DNA of 64,000 nucleotides, taken from contig OY968796.1 in the NCBI GenBank assembly GCA_963695545.1, positions 2,816,001 to 2,880,000 on the forward strand, given 5' to 3'. This DNA comes from Terriglobia bacterium (lineage in GTDB: Bacteria > Acidobacteriota > Terriglobia > Acidiferrales > UBA7541). Position 1 is the first letter of the stretch; each line of letters begins with the position of its first letter. This document shows, piece after piece, positions 29,250-38,614 of this stretch. Below the pieces are notes generated by a model. The model saw nothing but the letters and a program-made list of their open reading frames with translations. It had not been told where the DNA came from and did no database searches. The position numbers and the translations under genes were made by a program.

Positions 29250-30320
29250 ATGCGGCCAGAACAATGGGAAACATTCAAGCGAGCGGCGCGCCGCGAAAAG
29301 ATGGACAAGATTCCGATGGCGCTGATCATCGACAGCCCATGGATTCCCGGGTACCTCGGAATCAAACACCTGGACTATTTCCTCGATCCTGAGCTCTGGT
29401 ACCGATCGAACCTGAAGATCATGGAGGAATTTCCCGACATCATCTTCGTCCCGTCGTGGTGGATGGAATACGGGATGGCGGCTGAGCCTTCCGTGCTCGG
29501 CAGCAAAATAAAATTTTGGCAGGACAATACTCCGAGTGAATACCACACGCTGCAACGCCTCGAAGATATCGATGAGTTCCCTGAGTACGAGGTCGAGGCG
29601 GATGCGTTCGCCGGTCTGACGTTGCATCGCATCGGAATGCATAAACAGCGTATTTTGGACGCCGGCTACATCCTTCCGATGGTCACGTCACGAGGCCCGT
29701 TGTGCACCGCGGGATTTGTGCGCGGAACTACAAAATTCATGATCGATCTTGTAGAAGATCCGAAGGGCGCGCACAGACTCATTGACCTTTGCACGCGCGT
29801 GATCATCGACTGGCTGAAGGCGCAGCAAAAAGTGATGGGCGATACGGTGGAGAGCATTTTTATTCTCGACGACATCGTTGGATTCATCAACGAGGAGCAT
29901 TACCTGGAGTATGCGCATCCTTACTTGAAGCGCATCTGCGACGCGTTCCCGAAAGATTGGGTGAAGGTCTATCACAACGACGCAGAAGTCGACGCGTGCC
30001 TCGATCACCTGCCGGACACCGGATTCACCGTGCTCAATTGGGGCAAGCAGCGGCACATCACCGAAGTGAAGAAGCGCGTGGGAGACAGGATGTGCCTGAT
30101 GGGCAATGTGAATCCTCTCGAAATCGGAGTTCGCGGTACGCCCGAAGAAGTGAGAGACGAAACTCTCGAAGTGCTGGAAGGCTCGGGCGGCGAGGGAATC
30201 ATTCTGTCCGTGGGCGGCGGCACAAGCCCGGGCATGCCGCGCGAAAATATCGTGGCCATGCTCGAGGCACTGAATGAATTTAACGGGCGGCGCTCCGGCA
30301 GCCGCGTTGCGAGCCGCTGA
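29250..30320 (+). CDS. UroD/MtaA-fold corrinoid-dependent methyltransferase
   Basis: RGPLCTAGFVRG, MGNVNP, GTPEEV and MPRENI motifs. Lacks the HemE RQAGR motif. Adjacent to a corrinoid protein. Confidence 0.85.
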   Translation: MRPEQWETFKRAARREKMDKIPMALIIDSPWIPGYLGIKHLDYFLDPELWYRSNLKIMEEFPDIIFVPSWWMEYGMAAEPSVLGSKIKFWQDNTPSEYHTLQRLEDIDEFPEYEVEADAFAGLTLHRIGMHKQRILDAGYILPMVTSRGPLCTAGFVRGTTKFMIDLVEDPKGAHRLIDLCTRVIIDWLKAQQKVMGDTVESIFILDDIVGFINEEHYLEYAHPYLKRICDAFPKDWVKVYHNDAEVDACLDHLPDTGFTVLNWGKQRHITEVKKRVGDRMCLMGNVNPLEIGVRGTPEEVRDETLEVLEGSGGEGIILSVGGGTSPGMPRENIVAMLEALNEFNGRRSGSRVASR

Positions 30321-30340
30321 CAGGGGCAAAGGAGAGCAGC

Positions 30341-30982
30341 ATGCCCGACTATGCGTTGATGAATCAGTTGCTCTATGAGGGCAACGCCGTCGAAGTGGAG
30401 CGGCTTACGAAAGAGGCTCTCGCCGAAGGGCGTACCGCGCAGGAAATATTGAACGATGGATTGATCGCGGGCATGAGCGTGGTTGGCGAGGATTTTAAGC
30501 ACAACGTGCTTTACGTTCCGGAAGTGCTGATCGCGGCGAGGGCGATGAAAGCGGGCATGGCGGTGCTGAAGCCGTTGCTGAGCGCGAAGGACGGTGGAAC
30601 CAAGCCCAAAGGCGTGCTGCTGATGGGCACGGTTCGAGGCGATCTGCACGACATCGGGAAAAACCTGGTGGGCATGATGGCAGAAGGCGCCGGATTTGAA
30701 GTGCACGACATCGGCGTGGATCAGAGCGTGGAAAAATTCATGGCCGCGGCGGAAAAGTGCAAACCGAACATTATCGGCATGAGCGCGCTTTTGACCACGA
30801 CGATGACGTACATGAAAACGGTGATCGATGGATTTGACGCCGCGGGCCTGACGCACATCCAGATGGCCGTGGGCGGCGCGCCGATCAGCCAGATGTTTGC
30901 CGACGAAATCGGCGCGGATGGTTACGGAGCGAACGCTTCAGCCGCGGTCGATTTATTTTTGCGGCTCACGGTGAAGGTGTAG
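30341..30982 (+). CDS. Corrinoid (B12-binding) protein
   Basis: Cap domain YVPEVLIAARAM, GDLHDIGKNLV, MSALLTTT and VGGAP. Confidence 0.95.
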   Translation: MPDYALMNQLLYEGNAVEVERLTKEALAEGRTAQEILNDGLIAGMSVVGEDFKHNVLYVPEVLIAARAMKAGMAVLKPLLSAKDGGTKPKGVLLMGTVRGDLHDIGKNLVGMMAEGAGFEVHDIGVDQSVEKFMAAAEKCKPNIIGMSALLTTTMTYMKTVIDGFDAAGLTHIQMAVGGAPISQMFADEIGADGYGANASAAVDLFLRLTVKV

Positions 30983-30988
30983 ACGACA

Positions 30989-31243
30989 GTGGCCACGTAC
31001 AAAATTCTTTATTGGCAGGAAATTCCCTCGCAAATCAAGGCCGAGGACGATTCAGACGACGTCACGCTGCCGCTCGATGACAAGTTCGCCGAACAGATCG
31101 ACAAAATGGCCGCGCAAAGAGGATTGACGAGCGCGGACGATTATCTCGCCCAGTGGAAATGGAGCGAGGAAGAAGAGCGCGAAGGTACGGCGCGCGAAGT
31201 AGCGGAAGCAGTGAAGGCGGAGCTTGAAGCGAAGGGCTGGTAG
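30989..31243 (+). CDS. 'Virulence factor' (PF13769-like) small protein
   Basis: YWQEIPSQI, F..IDKMA and DDYLAQWK. This family is found next to split methionine synthase genes. Confidence 0.8.
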   Translation: MATYKILYWQEIPSQIKAEDDSDDVTLPLDDKFAEQIDKMAAQRGLTSADDYLAQWKWSEEEEREGTAREVAEAVKAELEAKGW

Positions 31244-31255
31244 GAACTCTCCGGT

Positions 31256-32896
31256 ATGGCAGTGACCCTCACGATCAATGGACAGTCCATCGAGGCGAAT
31301 CCCGCTCTCTCGCTCTTCGACCAGGCCGAAGGCTTGGGCATTGATGTGCCCACTTCTTGCCGGAAGCAAGGCAAATGCAAGGAGTGCATGGTCGAAATTG
31401 TCGCGGGGATGGACGCTCTTTCGCCGCCCACCGCGCCCGAGCAGCATTTGAAAGGGAATTTTCGACTGTCGTGCCAAACGTATGTGACCGCAGAGAGCGG
31501 CGAGGTGCGCTGCCACACTATGCGCCGCGGGCATATGCGCATCGAACGCCATGCGCTCGGACTTCCGAACAGCGATCAGAAAATGAGGCTCGATCCGGCG
31601 GTGACTCGCGACGGAGATCGCATTCTGATTGACGGCGTCGAAGTGGAACGCTCGACCGGACCAATTCACGGCATCGCCATGGACCTTGGCACAACCACGA
31701 TTGTGCTTCGGCTGATCGATCTTGAAAGCGGCGAATTGATTGCGGACGCTTCGTTTGAGAATCCGCAACGATTCGGTGGATCCGACGTGATGGCTCGCAT
31801 CAGTTACGACGGCGAGCATCCCGGAAGACTTTTGATGCGCACGCTCGCGGGATATCTGAGCCACGCGATCGAAAAATTTCCGGTCGATCCAAAAACGATC
31901 TACGAGATGGTGGTGGTGGGCAACTCCACGATGCGCGATCTTTTTTTCCGCAAGAGCGTTTATTCGATTGGGCAGAACCCCTATCGCTCGATTACGGAAA
32001 TCGAAATGGCCGAAGGCAAGCGCTTGACGACAAGTCTTGTGGAAACTGGCGTGAGATGTTTGCTGCCGATTCATCCGAAAGCGCGCGTGTACGGCGCGCC
32101 GGTGATCAGCGGCCATGTGGGCGCGGATGCGGCGGCGTGCATGCTGGCGGTTGACATCGCGAATGAAGAGCGACTGGTGGCGGTGATGGACATCGGCACG
32201 AACACCGAACTGATCCTCGGCAACAAGCACCGCATTCTCGCGGCGTCTTGTCCGGCGGGGCCGGCGTTCGAGGGCGGCGCGATCGCGTGCGGCATGCCGG
32301 CTTTGGATGGGGCGATCGAGGAAGTCGCGATTGGCGACGACGGAAAAATTCGCCTGCGCGTGATCGGCGACGTTGCGCCCGAAGGCATTTGCGGATCGGG
32401 ATTGGTGGATGTGCTGAGCGAATTGCTTCGCACGGGGCGCATGAACGACATGGGACGATTCACGGATGACGTGCATCGCGTCACGCTCGATGAGGAACAC
32501 GACATTTATTTGCTCGAGAGCGACGTGAACGAATTGGCGCAGGCCAAGGGCGCGAACGTGGCTGGTCTGCACGTGGTTTTCAGCAGCTACGGCATCGACT
32601 TCGACGACATCGACGTTTTTTATCTGGCGGGAGGATTCGGGCGTCACCTGAACGTGGAAGCCTCGAAACGCATCGGCCTGGTGCCCAGTCTGCCGTCGCG
32701 AAAAATCGTGCAGGCAGGAAATACCGCGATTGAAGGCGCCACGATTGCGCTGCTCTCGAAATCGAAACGCGAGGAACTTGAACGTCTCGTAAAGAAAGTG
32801 GAGCACTGCCGGCTGGAAACGCATCCGCGCTTTTTCGATTTCTTCGTGGAGGGCTGCCAGTTTAAGCCCGTGGAGCCGATTCCATGCGCCCGGTAG
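31256..32896 (+). CDS. ASKHA reductive activator of corrinoid proteins (RACo/RamA-like) with [2Fe-2S] domain
   Basis: CRKQGKCKEC..RLSCQ, DLGTTT, ENPQRFGGSDV, DIGTNTE, GPAFEG, GICGSG and AGGFG motifs. Confidence 0.93.
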   Translation: MAVTLTINGQSIEANPALSLFDQAEGLGIDVPTSCRKQGKCKECMVEIVAGMDALSPPTAPEQHLKGNFRLSCQTYVTAESGEVRCHTMRRGHMRIERHALGLPNSDQKMRLDPAVTRDGDRILIDGVEVERSTGPIHGIAMDLGTTTIVLRLIDLESGELIADASFENPQRFGGSDVMARISYDGEHPGRLLMRTLAGYLSHAIEKFPVDPKTIYEMVVVGNSTMRDLFFRKSVYSIGQNPYRSITEIEMAEGKRLTTSLVETGVRCLLPIHPKARVYGAPVISGHVGADAAACMLAVDIANEERLVAVMDIGTNTELILGNKHRILAASCPAGPAFEGGAIACGMPALDGAIEEVAIGDDGKIRLRVIGDVAPEGICGSGLVDVLSELLRTGRMNDMGRFTDDVHRVTLDEEHDIYLLESDVNELAQAKGANVAGLHVVFSSYGIDFDDIDVFYLAGGFGRHLNVEASKRIGLVPSLPSRKIVQAGNTAIEGATIALLSKSKREELERLVKKVEHCRLETHPRFFDFFVEGCQFKPVEPIPCAR

Positions 32897-34143
32897 CCGA
32901 GATGGTCGAGCTGGCCAGCACTTCGCCGAATGTTGAGGTGTCGCCGGCGGAATACACGCGGCTGCTTGGTTATCCGCGCGATTGGGTGCTGGAAGGCCGG
33001 GCTCTGGAATTAGCGGATTTGGCGCGCGCGTGGTACGCGAAGTACGGGCGGCCGTGGGTTTATGCCCGCCAAGCGGAAAGCCTCGAGATCGACGGCGAAT
33101 CGATTCTGATCGATGGAATGCCGTTCGCGAGCAAACGGCTGCAGAGCACGCTGCAGCAGGCTGCGGCCCACAGCGTGATTCTGGTCGCGGTGGGCGCGGG
33201 TCCCGAAGCCGAGGAGGAAGCTCACAGACGCTGGGAGGATGAAAAGCCCGACGAATATTTTTTTCTTGAGATGTTCAGCTCCGCGGTCGTCGAGCATTTG
33301 ACCACTGTGACCGGAGCGAATCTGTGCGACTGGGCGGAACGCCACGAGATGGCTGTGTTGCCGCACTACAGCCCTGGATATCCCGAATGGGACATCGCCG
33401 AGCAACCGCACCTGCTCGAACTGGTGAAGCGCACGCGAAAGCACGCGTTGCCCTCCGCCGTCGAAGTGCTCGAGTCCGGCATGTTACGGCCGAAAAAAAG
33501 TTTGCTCGCGGTTTTCGGATTGACGCGGCACACGGACCGGTTGCGCAGACTGACGGAGCTTGTTCCTTGCGAGAATTGTTCGTTCGCGCCGTGCCAATAC
33601 AGGCGCGCGCCGTACCGGCGGGCTTTGCGCGCGAAGGGCGAGGAAGCGCCGGTGCGCATCGAGGTGCTGGACCAGGAAGCGGCGTACAGCGTGAATACCA
33701 GGGCGCTGAAGAGATGGGCGCAGGAACGGCTATCGATCGAGACCTGCGAGGACGGCAGTGTCGACGCGGTGTTCCGCTACGACGGAACCACTTGCAACAA
33801 CATGGGCCGGCCGCTGACTTTTCTTTACAGCGTGAAGCTCGGGCCGCGCGCCGATGGATATCCGATACGAGAGCAGCGCTGCGCGCCGGCCACGGGGGAT
33901 ACGGGCCACGCGCAGATGTGCCAATATCTTGAGAATCCCGAGCGGTTGATGAGTTCGATCGAAAGCGAGAAGCCGCTCAGTGGACAACGGTTGAACGCCG
34001 TGTTGTCATGGCGGCGCGAAGCCTGCGCCGCGGGGTGCTACTGCGAGCCTTATAGCCGCGAGCACAAGTGGGGCCTGGTGCTGGAAACGATTCACTACGC
34101 GCTGGTGCAAAAGGAATTGGAGCAGGAAGCGGAACGATCATGA
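32884..34143 (+). CDS. Methionine synthase activation-domain-like protein fused to a Cys-rich C-terminal domain
   Basis: YSPGYPEWDI, MLRPKKS..AVFG and CENC-x4-CQYR, followed by about 170 aa of unknown domain. Confidence 0.75.
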   Translation: MRPVAEMVELASTSPNVEVSPAEYTRLLGYPRDWVLEGRALELADLARAWYAKYGRPWVYARQAESLEIDGESILIDGMPFASKRLQSTLQQAAAHSVILVAVGAGPEAEEEAHRRWEDEKPDEYFFLEMFSSAVVEHLTTVTGANLCDWAERHEMAVLPHYSPGYPEWDIAEQPHLLELVKRTRKHALPSAVEVLESGMLRPKKSLLAVFGLTRHTDRLRRLTELVPCENCSFAPCQYRRAPYRRALRAKGEEAPVRIEVLDQEAAYSVNTRALKRWAQERLSIETCEDGSVDAVFRYDGTTCNNMGRPLTFLYSVKLGPRADGYPIREQRCAPATGDTGHAQMCQYLENPERLMSSIESEKPLSGQRLNAVLSWRREACAAGCYCEPYSREHKWGLVLETIHYALVQKELEQEAERS

Positions 34144-35081
34144 AGAAACTCTTGCAGGAAGCGATTCTCGAACGCCCATTGCTCAGCGACGGAGCTATGG
34201 GCACGCAGCTGATGATTGCCGGACTGGAACAGGGCAATTGCGGCGAGGAATGGAATCTGACGCAACGCGAAAAAGTGCTGGCGATTCATCGGCGTTACGC
34301 CGAGGCAGGAGGAGAGTGCCTGCTCACGAATACCTTCGGCGGTTCGCGCATCATGCTCACGCGCCACGGCAAACCGGATAAGGTCGTCGAAATCAACAAA
34401 GCGGCTGTGGGGATCGTCCGCGAAGCATTCGGCGCGAAGGACGGATACGTGATCGGGGACATCGGACCTTTCGGCGGGCTGATGGAACCGTACGGCGATT
34501 TCACCGAAGCCCAGGTACAGAGCGCGTTCGAGGAACAGGCCGGGGCGCTGGTGGACGCGGGAGCTGACGCCATCATCATCGAAACGCAGACGGGCCTTGA
34601 AGAACTTCTGCTGGGCATTCGCGCGGCGCAGAAAGCCGGCGCGCCGTGCATCATCGGGTCGATGGCCTACGACGTTACGCTCGACGGCTCGACGTTTCGG
34701 ACGATGATGGGTGTGGAACCGGAGCGCGCGGCCGAGTTCATGGAGGAAAACGGCGCGCATATCGTGGCGCTGAACTGCGGCACGCGCATGGACATGGTGC
34801 GCGCGAGAGAAGCTGTGGAGCGCTACAAGCAGGCGACAAGTTTGCCGGTGATGGTCTCGCCAAATGCGGGGCAACCGAAACTGATCAACATGAAAATCGT
34901 GTACGACGAAACGCCGGAGCAAATGGTGCAAGGTCTTGTGCCGCTGCTTGAGTCGGGCGCGAACATCGTGGGCGCATGTTGCGGCAGCACGCCGGAGCAT
35001 ATCGCCGCGTTCCGAAAAGCGATGGACGGATTTCTGGGATCGAATCACTCGAAATCGAACGGAGCTCGACGTGAAAGTTAA
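34140..35081 (+). CDS. Homocysteine S-methyltransferase (stand-alone MetH Hcy domain)
   Basis: DGAMGTQL, TNTFG, LNCG, PNAG and GACCG (Zn ligands). ATGA overlap with the upstream gene. Confidence 0.93.
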   Translation: MKKLLQEAILERPLLSDGAMGTQLMIAGLEQGNCGEEWNLTQREKVLAIHRRYAEAGGECLLTNTFGGSRIMLTRHGKPDKVVEINKAAVGIVREAFGAKDGYVIGDIGPFGGLMEPYGDFTEAQVQSAFEEQAGALVDAGADAIIIETQTGLEELLLGIRAAQKAGAPCIIGSMAYDVTLDGSTFRTMMGVEPERAAEFMEENGAHIVALNCGTRMDMVRAREAVERYKQATSLPVMVSPNAGQPKLINMKIVYDETPEQMVQGLVPLLESGANIVGACCGSTPEHIAAFRKAMDGFLGSNHSKSNGARRES

Positions 35082-35400
35082 ACTGTGCGATGTGAATCTG
35101 GGCGCGGCGGAAAAACTTCCGCCGCGCGGCGAAGACAAGTCGGGCGTCGGAGTTCATTACATGGACGCGTACATCAAGCCGATGAACGTGAAGCTCGAGG
35201 ACGGTACGCCGGTAAAGTGCAAACGCCGTGGATTGAAAATCACTCTTTCGGCTGGCGGAAAAAAGGGCGAAGGGCTGATGCGCAGGCTGGATGTGAGCCC
35301 TGATCCGGTCGTGATGCTCGACGCGGCGCTGCAGGAAGCTGCCAAGGCCGCGGGGATCGAGCTCGCGGTGGAAGACGGCGCGATATTCGTAACGCTCTGA
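35071..35400 (+). CDS. Hypothetical protein, last gene of the corrinoid operon
   Basis: GTG start after GGAG overlaps the upstream stop. 109 aa with normal composition. Confidence 0.65.
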   Translation: MKVKLCDVNLGAAEKLPPRGEDKSGVGVHYMDAYIKPMNVKLEDGTPVKCKRRGLKITLSAGGKKGEGLMRRLDVSPDPVVMLDAALQEAAKAAGIELAVEDGAIFVTL

Positions 35401-35497
35401 GTTTTCCTTCGGAGCAATCCGAAACGCGTTCGCGAGGCTCCGGTTCTTCACGCATTTTGTGATTCCGCGATTGTGATGCTAAACTTTTCCGCGCGGC

Positions 35498-35574
35498 GCG
35501 CCCGTAGCTCAGCTGGATAGAGCGTCTGGCTACGAACCAGAAGGTCGGAGGTTCGACTCCTCTCGGGCGCGCCA
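35498..35574 (+). tRNA. tRNA-Arg (ACG)
   Basis: GCGCCCG acceptor stem, D-arm AGCTCAGCTGGATAGAGC, anticodon loop CTACGAA, GTTCGACTC T-loop and encoded CCA. Confidence 0.98.
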
Positions 35575-35791
35575 TTACTATCTGATTTTCCCCTCTTGGG
35601 TGTGATTGGGCCAGTGGCGCAATGCAATAGCATCGTCCGCTTCCGGCCTGGCGACGAAAAATAATTAACGATATGTCAGGATCAGGATGGCGAAGCGGCG
35701 CCGGCGGCGCGGAGGTGTGCGAAGAACGGGTGGTGAAACCGCGTGAGCGATCGCGGAGGACGGTCGCGCGCCCGCGAAGGGAGGCGCGAGC

Positions 35792-36328
35792 TCAGAGGAA
35801 AATGTGAAATGCGGAGAAGCCGAGTGCGGCGCCGATTGCGGAGCCGGCGATCACGTCGCTCAGGAAATGCATGCCGAGAATAATTCGCGAAGCCGCGATG
35901 CATAGGGCCACGAACAGCAGCGCGTCTTGCAATTGCGGATAGAACATTCCGATGCACACGGCCATGGCGAACGCGGTGATCGAATGGCCCGAGGGAAACG
36001 AGAACTGATCGGGAGGAAGCACGCGCGACCAGCAGTGAGGTTCTAGCTGGCAGGGACGCGTGCGGTGGCTGACGCGCTTGATTAGCTTGAAAATAAAAAT
36101 TCCGGCGACGGACGCGGTTCCTGCCGCGAGCACAGCGGTGAATCGCCGCGGACCGCCGAAGATCAGCAGGATGCAACCCAGCGAATACCACAGCCAACCA
36201 TCGCCGCAGCGGGTGGCTGAAACCATCAGCACGCGAAACCATCGCGGCGGGCGCCAGCGGTGCACGCGGCGCATCAGCCGGCGATCCCGGCTGTCGATAA
36301 AACCCCAGACGGCGCGCGTTACGGTCAT
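35792..36328 (-). CDS. PAP2 family lipid phosphatase
   Basis: K-x6-RP, SFPSGH and SRIILGMHFLSDV motifs. Confidence 0.93.
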   Translation of the reverse strand: MTVTRAVWGFIDSRDRRLMRRVHRWRPPRWFRVLMVSATRCGDGWLWYSLGCILLIFGGPRRFTAVLAAGTASVAGIFIFKLIKRVSHRTRPCQLEPHCWSRVLPPDQFSFPSGHSITAFAMAVCIGMFYPQLQDALLFVALCIAASRIILGMHFLSDVIAGSAIGAALGFSAFHIFL

Positions 36329-37218
36329 AGCGTTTTCTCCATCCCCACCGGCCGAAGCGAAGGACCGAGCGATCGTCCGCTGCGGCGCCGGCGGCGTGGC
36401 GGAACGACACGTTGCGCCCAGCGGCGGGCGAAAATGCGTTCCGACTCAAAGTTACCATAAGTGAAAGCGGGAACCAGAAGAGCGAGCGGCGCGAGCAAGG
36501 CCGGCCAGCGTTCTTCGCGCAGCAATTCCCATACGACGCGCAGCGCGACGCGCGTGGTCTGCGTGTAGCTTCCGCTTGAACCGCGCGCGCGGCACGAGCC
36601 GCGGCGCAGGCCAGCGAGAAATTCTTCTTTACTCTTGGCGCCGGGCACTTCGGTGTAGGCCGTGGCCGCGGCGCACACGGTGTGCGCGTCGCTGCCGCCG
36701 AGCGCGATTTTTTCGGTGCGCCGCGCGAGACGCGCGGCATGGCGATTCGTCTCCGGCAACATGTGGCCGTTCAGAGTTTCAAACGCGGGAAAGCTGTCGA
36801 TGAACCAGCGAAAATCTTCTTCGTGTCGCGGACCGGTGACGGAAGAAAAGATGTGGTTCACGGAAAAAAACAGATCCTGTTCGCCGAGATAGGCGACGAG
36901 AGCGGGCACGTCGGTGGCGCGCCGCTGAATTTCGACGTGCTGGCGCGGGGAGAGGTCATACACAGCGATGTGCGCTTCAGTGCCGCTGGGCATGCGGCAA
37001 GTGACTTCTTCGCTCGCGAAGAAATCGGGGTGCGCGCGCAGCGCCTCGCAACCATCGAGAGAATCATGGTCGGTTAATGTGACGAGGTGCATCCCCCGGC
37101 GCTTCACGACGGAGTAGACCTCTTCCGGTTCGCTGTAAGATTCCAGGCAAAAAGATTTGAGGACCGGCATCGTCGACGGCCCCGAGAACCGCGAGTGGAT
37201 GTGCAGGTCACATTTCAT
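36325..37218 (-). CDS. PHP-domain metallophosphoesterase
   Basis: DLHIHS, LTDHDS, NH and GGSDAH motifs. Confidence 0.9.
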   Translation of the reverse strand: MKCDLHIHSRFSGPSTMPVLKSFCLESYSEPEEVYSVVKRRGMHLVTLTDHDSLDGCEALRAHPDFFASEEVTCRMPSGTEAHIAVYDLSPRQHVEIQRRATDVPALVAYLGEQDLFFSVNHIFSSVTGPRHEEDFRWFIDSFPAFETLNGHMLPETNRHAARLARRTEKIALGGSDAHTVCAAATAYTEVPGAKSKEEFLAGLRRGSCRARGSSGSYTQTTRVALRVVWELLREERWPALLAPLALLVPAFTYGNFESERIFARRWAQRVVPPRRRRRSGRSLGPSLRPVGMEKTL

Positions 37219-37371
37219 AATACGTTCGTAGCTCCGGAATGTTACGGGGCGATGAAAACGCGGCTACATTATTGTAAATAAAAGACTTATTACTCTTTGG
37301 GCACGGACGGGCGTGGACGGCTAAAAGTCGGCGTTGCGTTTGGCCACGCTTGTGCTATTCCTAGCTCGATC

Positions 37372-38547
37372 ATGAAGCGAATCGAATTTATTTTCTTCGA
37401 TGCCGGCGGCGGCCACCGCAGCGCCGCGACCGCGCTGCAACTGGCCATTAAGTCGCGACAGATTGCGTGGGACGTGAATTTGATGAACCTGCAGGAGGAG
37501 CTCGACAAGCTCGACATCCTGCGGCGGATTACCGGCGTGCGCATCCAGGATGCTTACAATTCGATGCTGCGATCCGGATGGACGCTGGGCAGCGCGCAAA
37601 TTCTGCTCGCGTTGCAGGCGACTATTTGGGTGCATCACACGCTGCTGGTGAAACTGCTGGTGAAATACTGGCAAACGGTTTCGCCGGACATGGTGGTTTC
37701 GTTTGTGCCGCACTTCAATCGCGTGATCGGCGAAAGTTTTGAGATTGCGTTTCCGGGGCGGCCATTCGTGACGATACTCACGGATCTTGCGAACTATCCG
37801 CCGAATTTCTGGATGGAGCGGCGCGAGCAGGATTTTATTTGCGGCACGGATCGCGCCGAACAGCAGGCCTTGGAATTCACGGGCACGCGCGAGCGTGTGT
37901 TTCGAGTGTCGGGAATGATTCTTCATCCGCGCTTTTATGAGCCGCAGACGGCGGATCGCGCGGCGGCGCGCTCGGCGCTTGGCCTCGGCGCGAATCTGGC
38001 GACGGGGCTGGTTCTTTTCGGCGGCTTCGGATCCAGTGCGATCGAAAAAATTGTCGATCGTTTGGACGAAGCGGATTTGCCGATACAACTGATTCTGATT
38101 TGCGGACGCAACGAGCAAGTGCGCGCGCGACTGGCGGCGCGAGCGACGCGCATGCCGATTTTCGTCGAAGGATTCACCACGAACATTCCGTATTACATGC
38201 ACCTTTCGGATTTTTTCATAGGGAAGCCCGGCCCGGGCAGCGTGAGCGAAGCGATCGCCATGCAATTGCCGGTGATCGTGGAGTGCAATGCGTGGACGCT
38301 TCCGCAGGAACGCTACAACGCAACGTGGGTGACGGAGAAGCAAGTGGGAATCGCTGTGGATAATTTCCGCAGCATCGTTCCCGCCGTCGAGCAGTTGCTG
38401 CGCGACGGCACGCTCGAACGATTTCGCGCGAACGCCGCCGCGCTGCCGAACCGCGCGGTCTTCGAGATTCCCGATATCCTCGAGCAGATCCTCGAACGCA
38501 GCGCAGAGCCGTCACAGGTTTTTGCGAAGGCGGCTGAATGCCGTTGA
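37372..38547 (+). CDS. MGDG synthase/UgtP-like glycosyltransferase (GT28)
   Basis: GGGHRSAA, TILTD, ICGRN, GKPGPGSVSEA and PQERYNA motifs. Confidence 0.9.
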   Translation: MKRIEFIFFDAGGGHRSAATALQLAIKSRQIAWDVNLMNLQEELDKLDILRRITGVRIQDAYNSMLRSGWTLGSAQILLALQATIWVHHTLLVKLLVKYWQTVSPDMVVSFVPHFNRVIGESFEIAFPGRPFVTILTDLANYPPNFWMERREQDFICGTDRAEQQALEFTGTRERVFRVSGMILHPRFYEPQTADRAAARSALGLGANLATGLVLFGGFGSSAIEKIVDRLDEADLPIQLILICGRNEQVRARLAARATRMPIFVEGFTTNIPYYMHLSDFFIGKPGPGSVSEAIAMQLPVIVECNAWTLPQERYNATWVTEKQVGIAVDNFRSIVPAVEQLLRDGTLERFRANAAALPNRAVFEIPDILEQILERSAEPSQVFAKAAECR

Positions 38548-38614
38548 CGCTTCGCGCCGTGGAGACTTGCGAGAACGCGCTTTACATTTCAAGTTTCCCC
38601 GCGATGAGCGGCGC

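Noticed and set aside
29250..30320. hemE call
   Set aside because: It lacks RQAGR and sits in a corrinoid methyltransferase context.
35498..35700. Genomic island integrated at tRNA-Arg
   Set aside because: There is no integrase and I saw no duplicated tRNA 3' end; the downstream genes look housekeeping-like.
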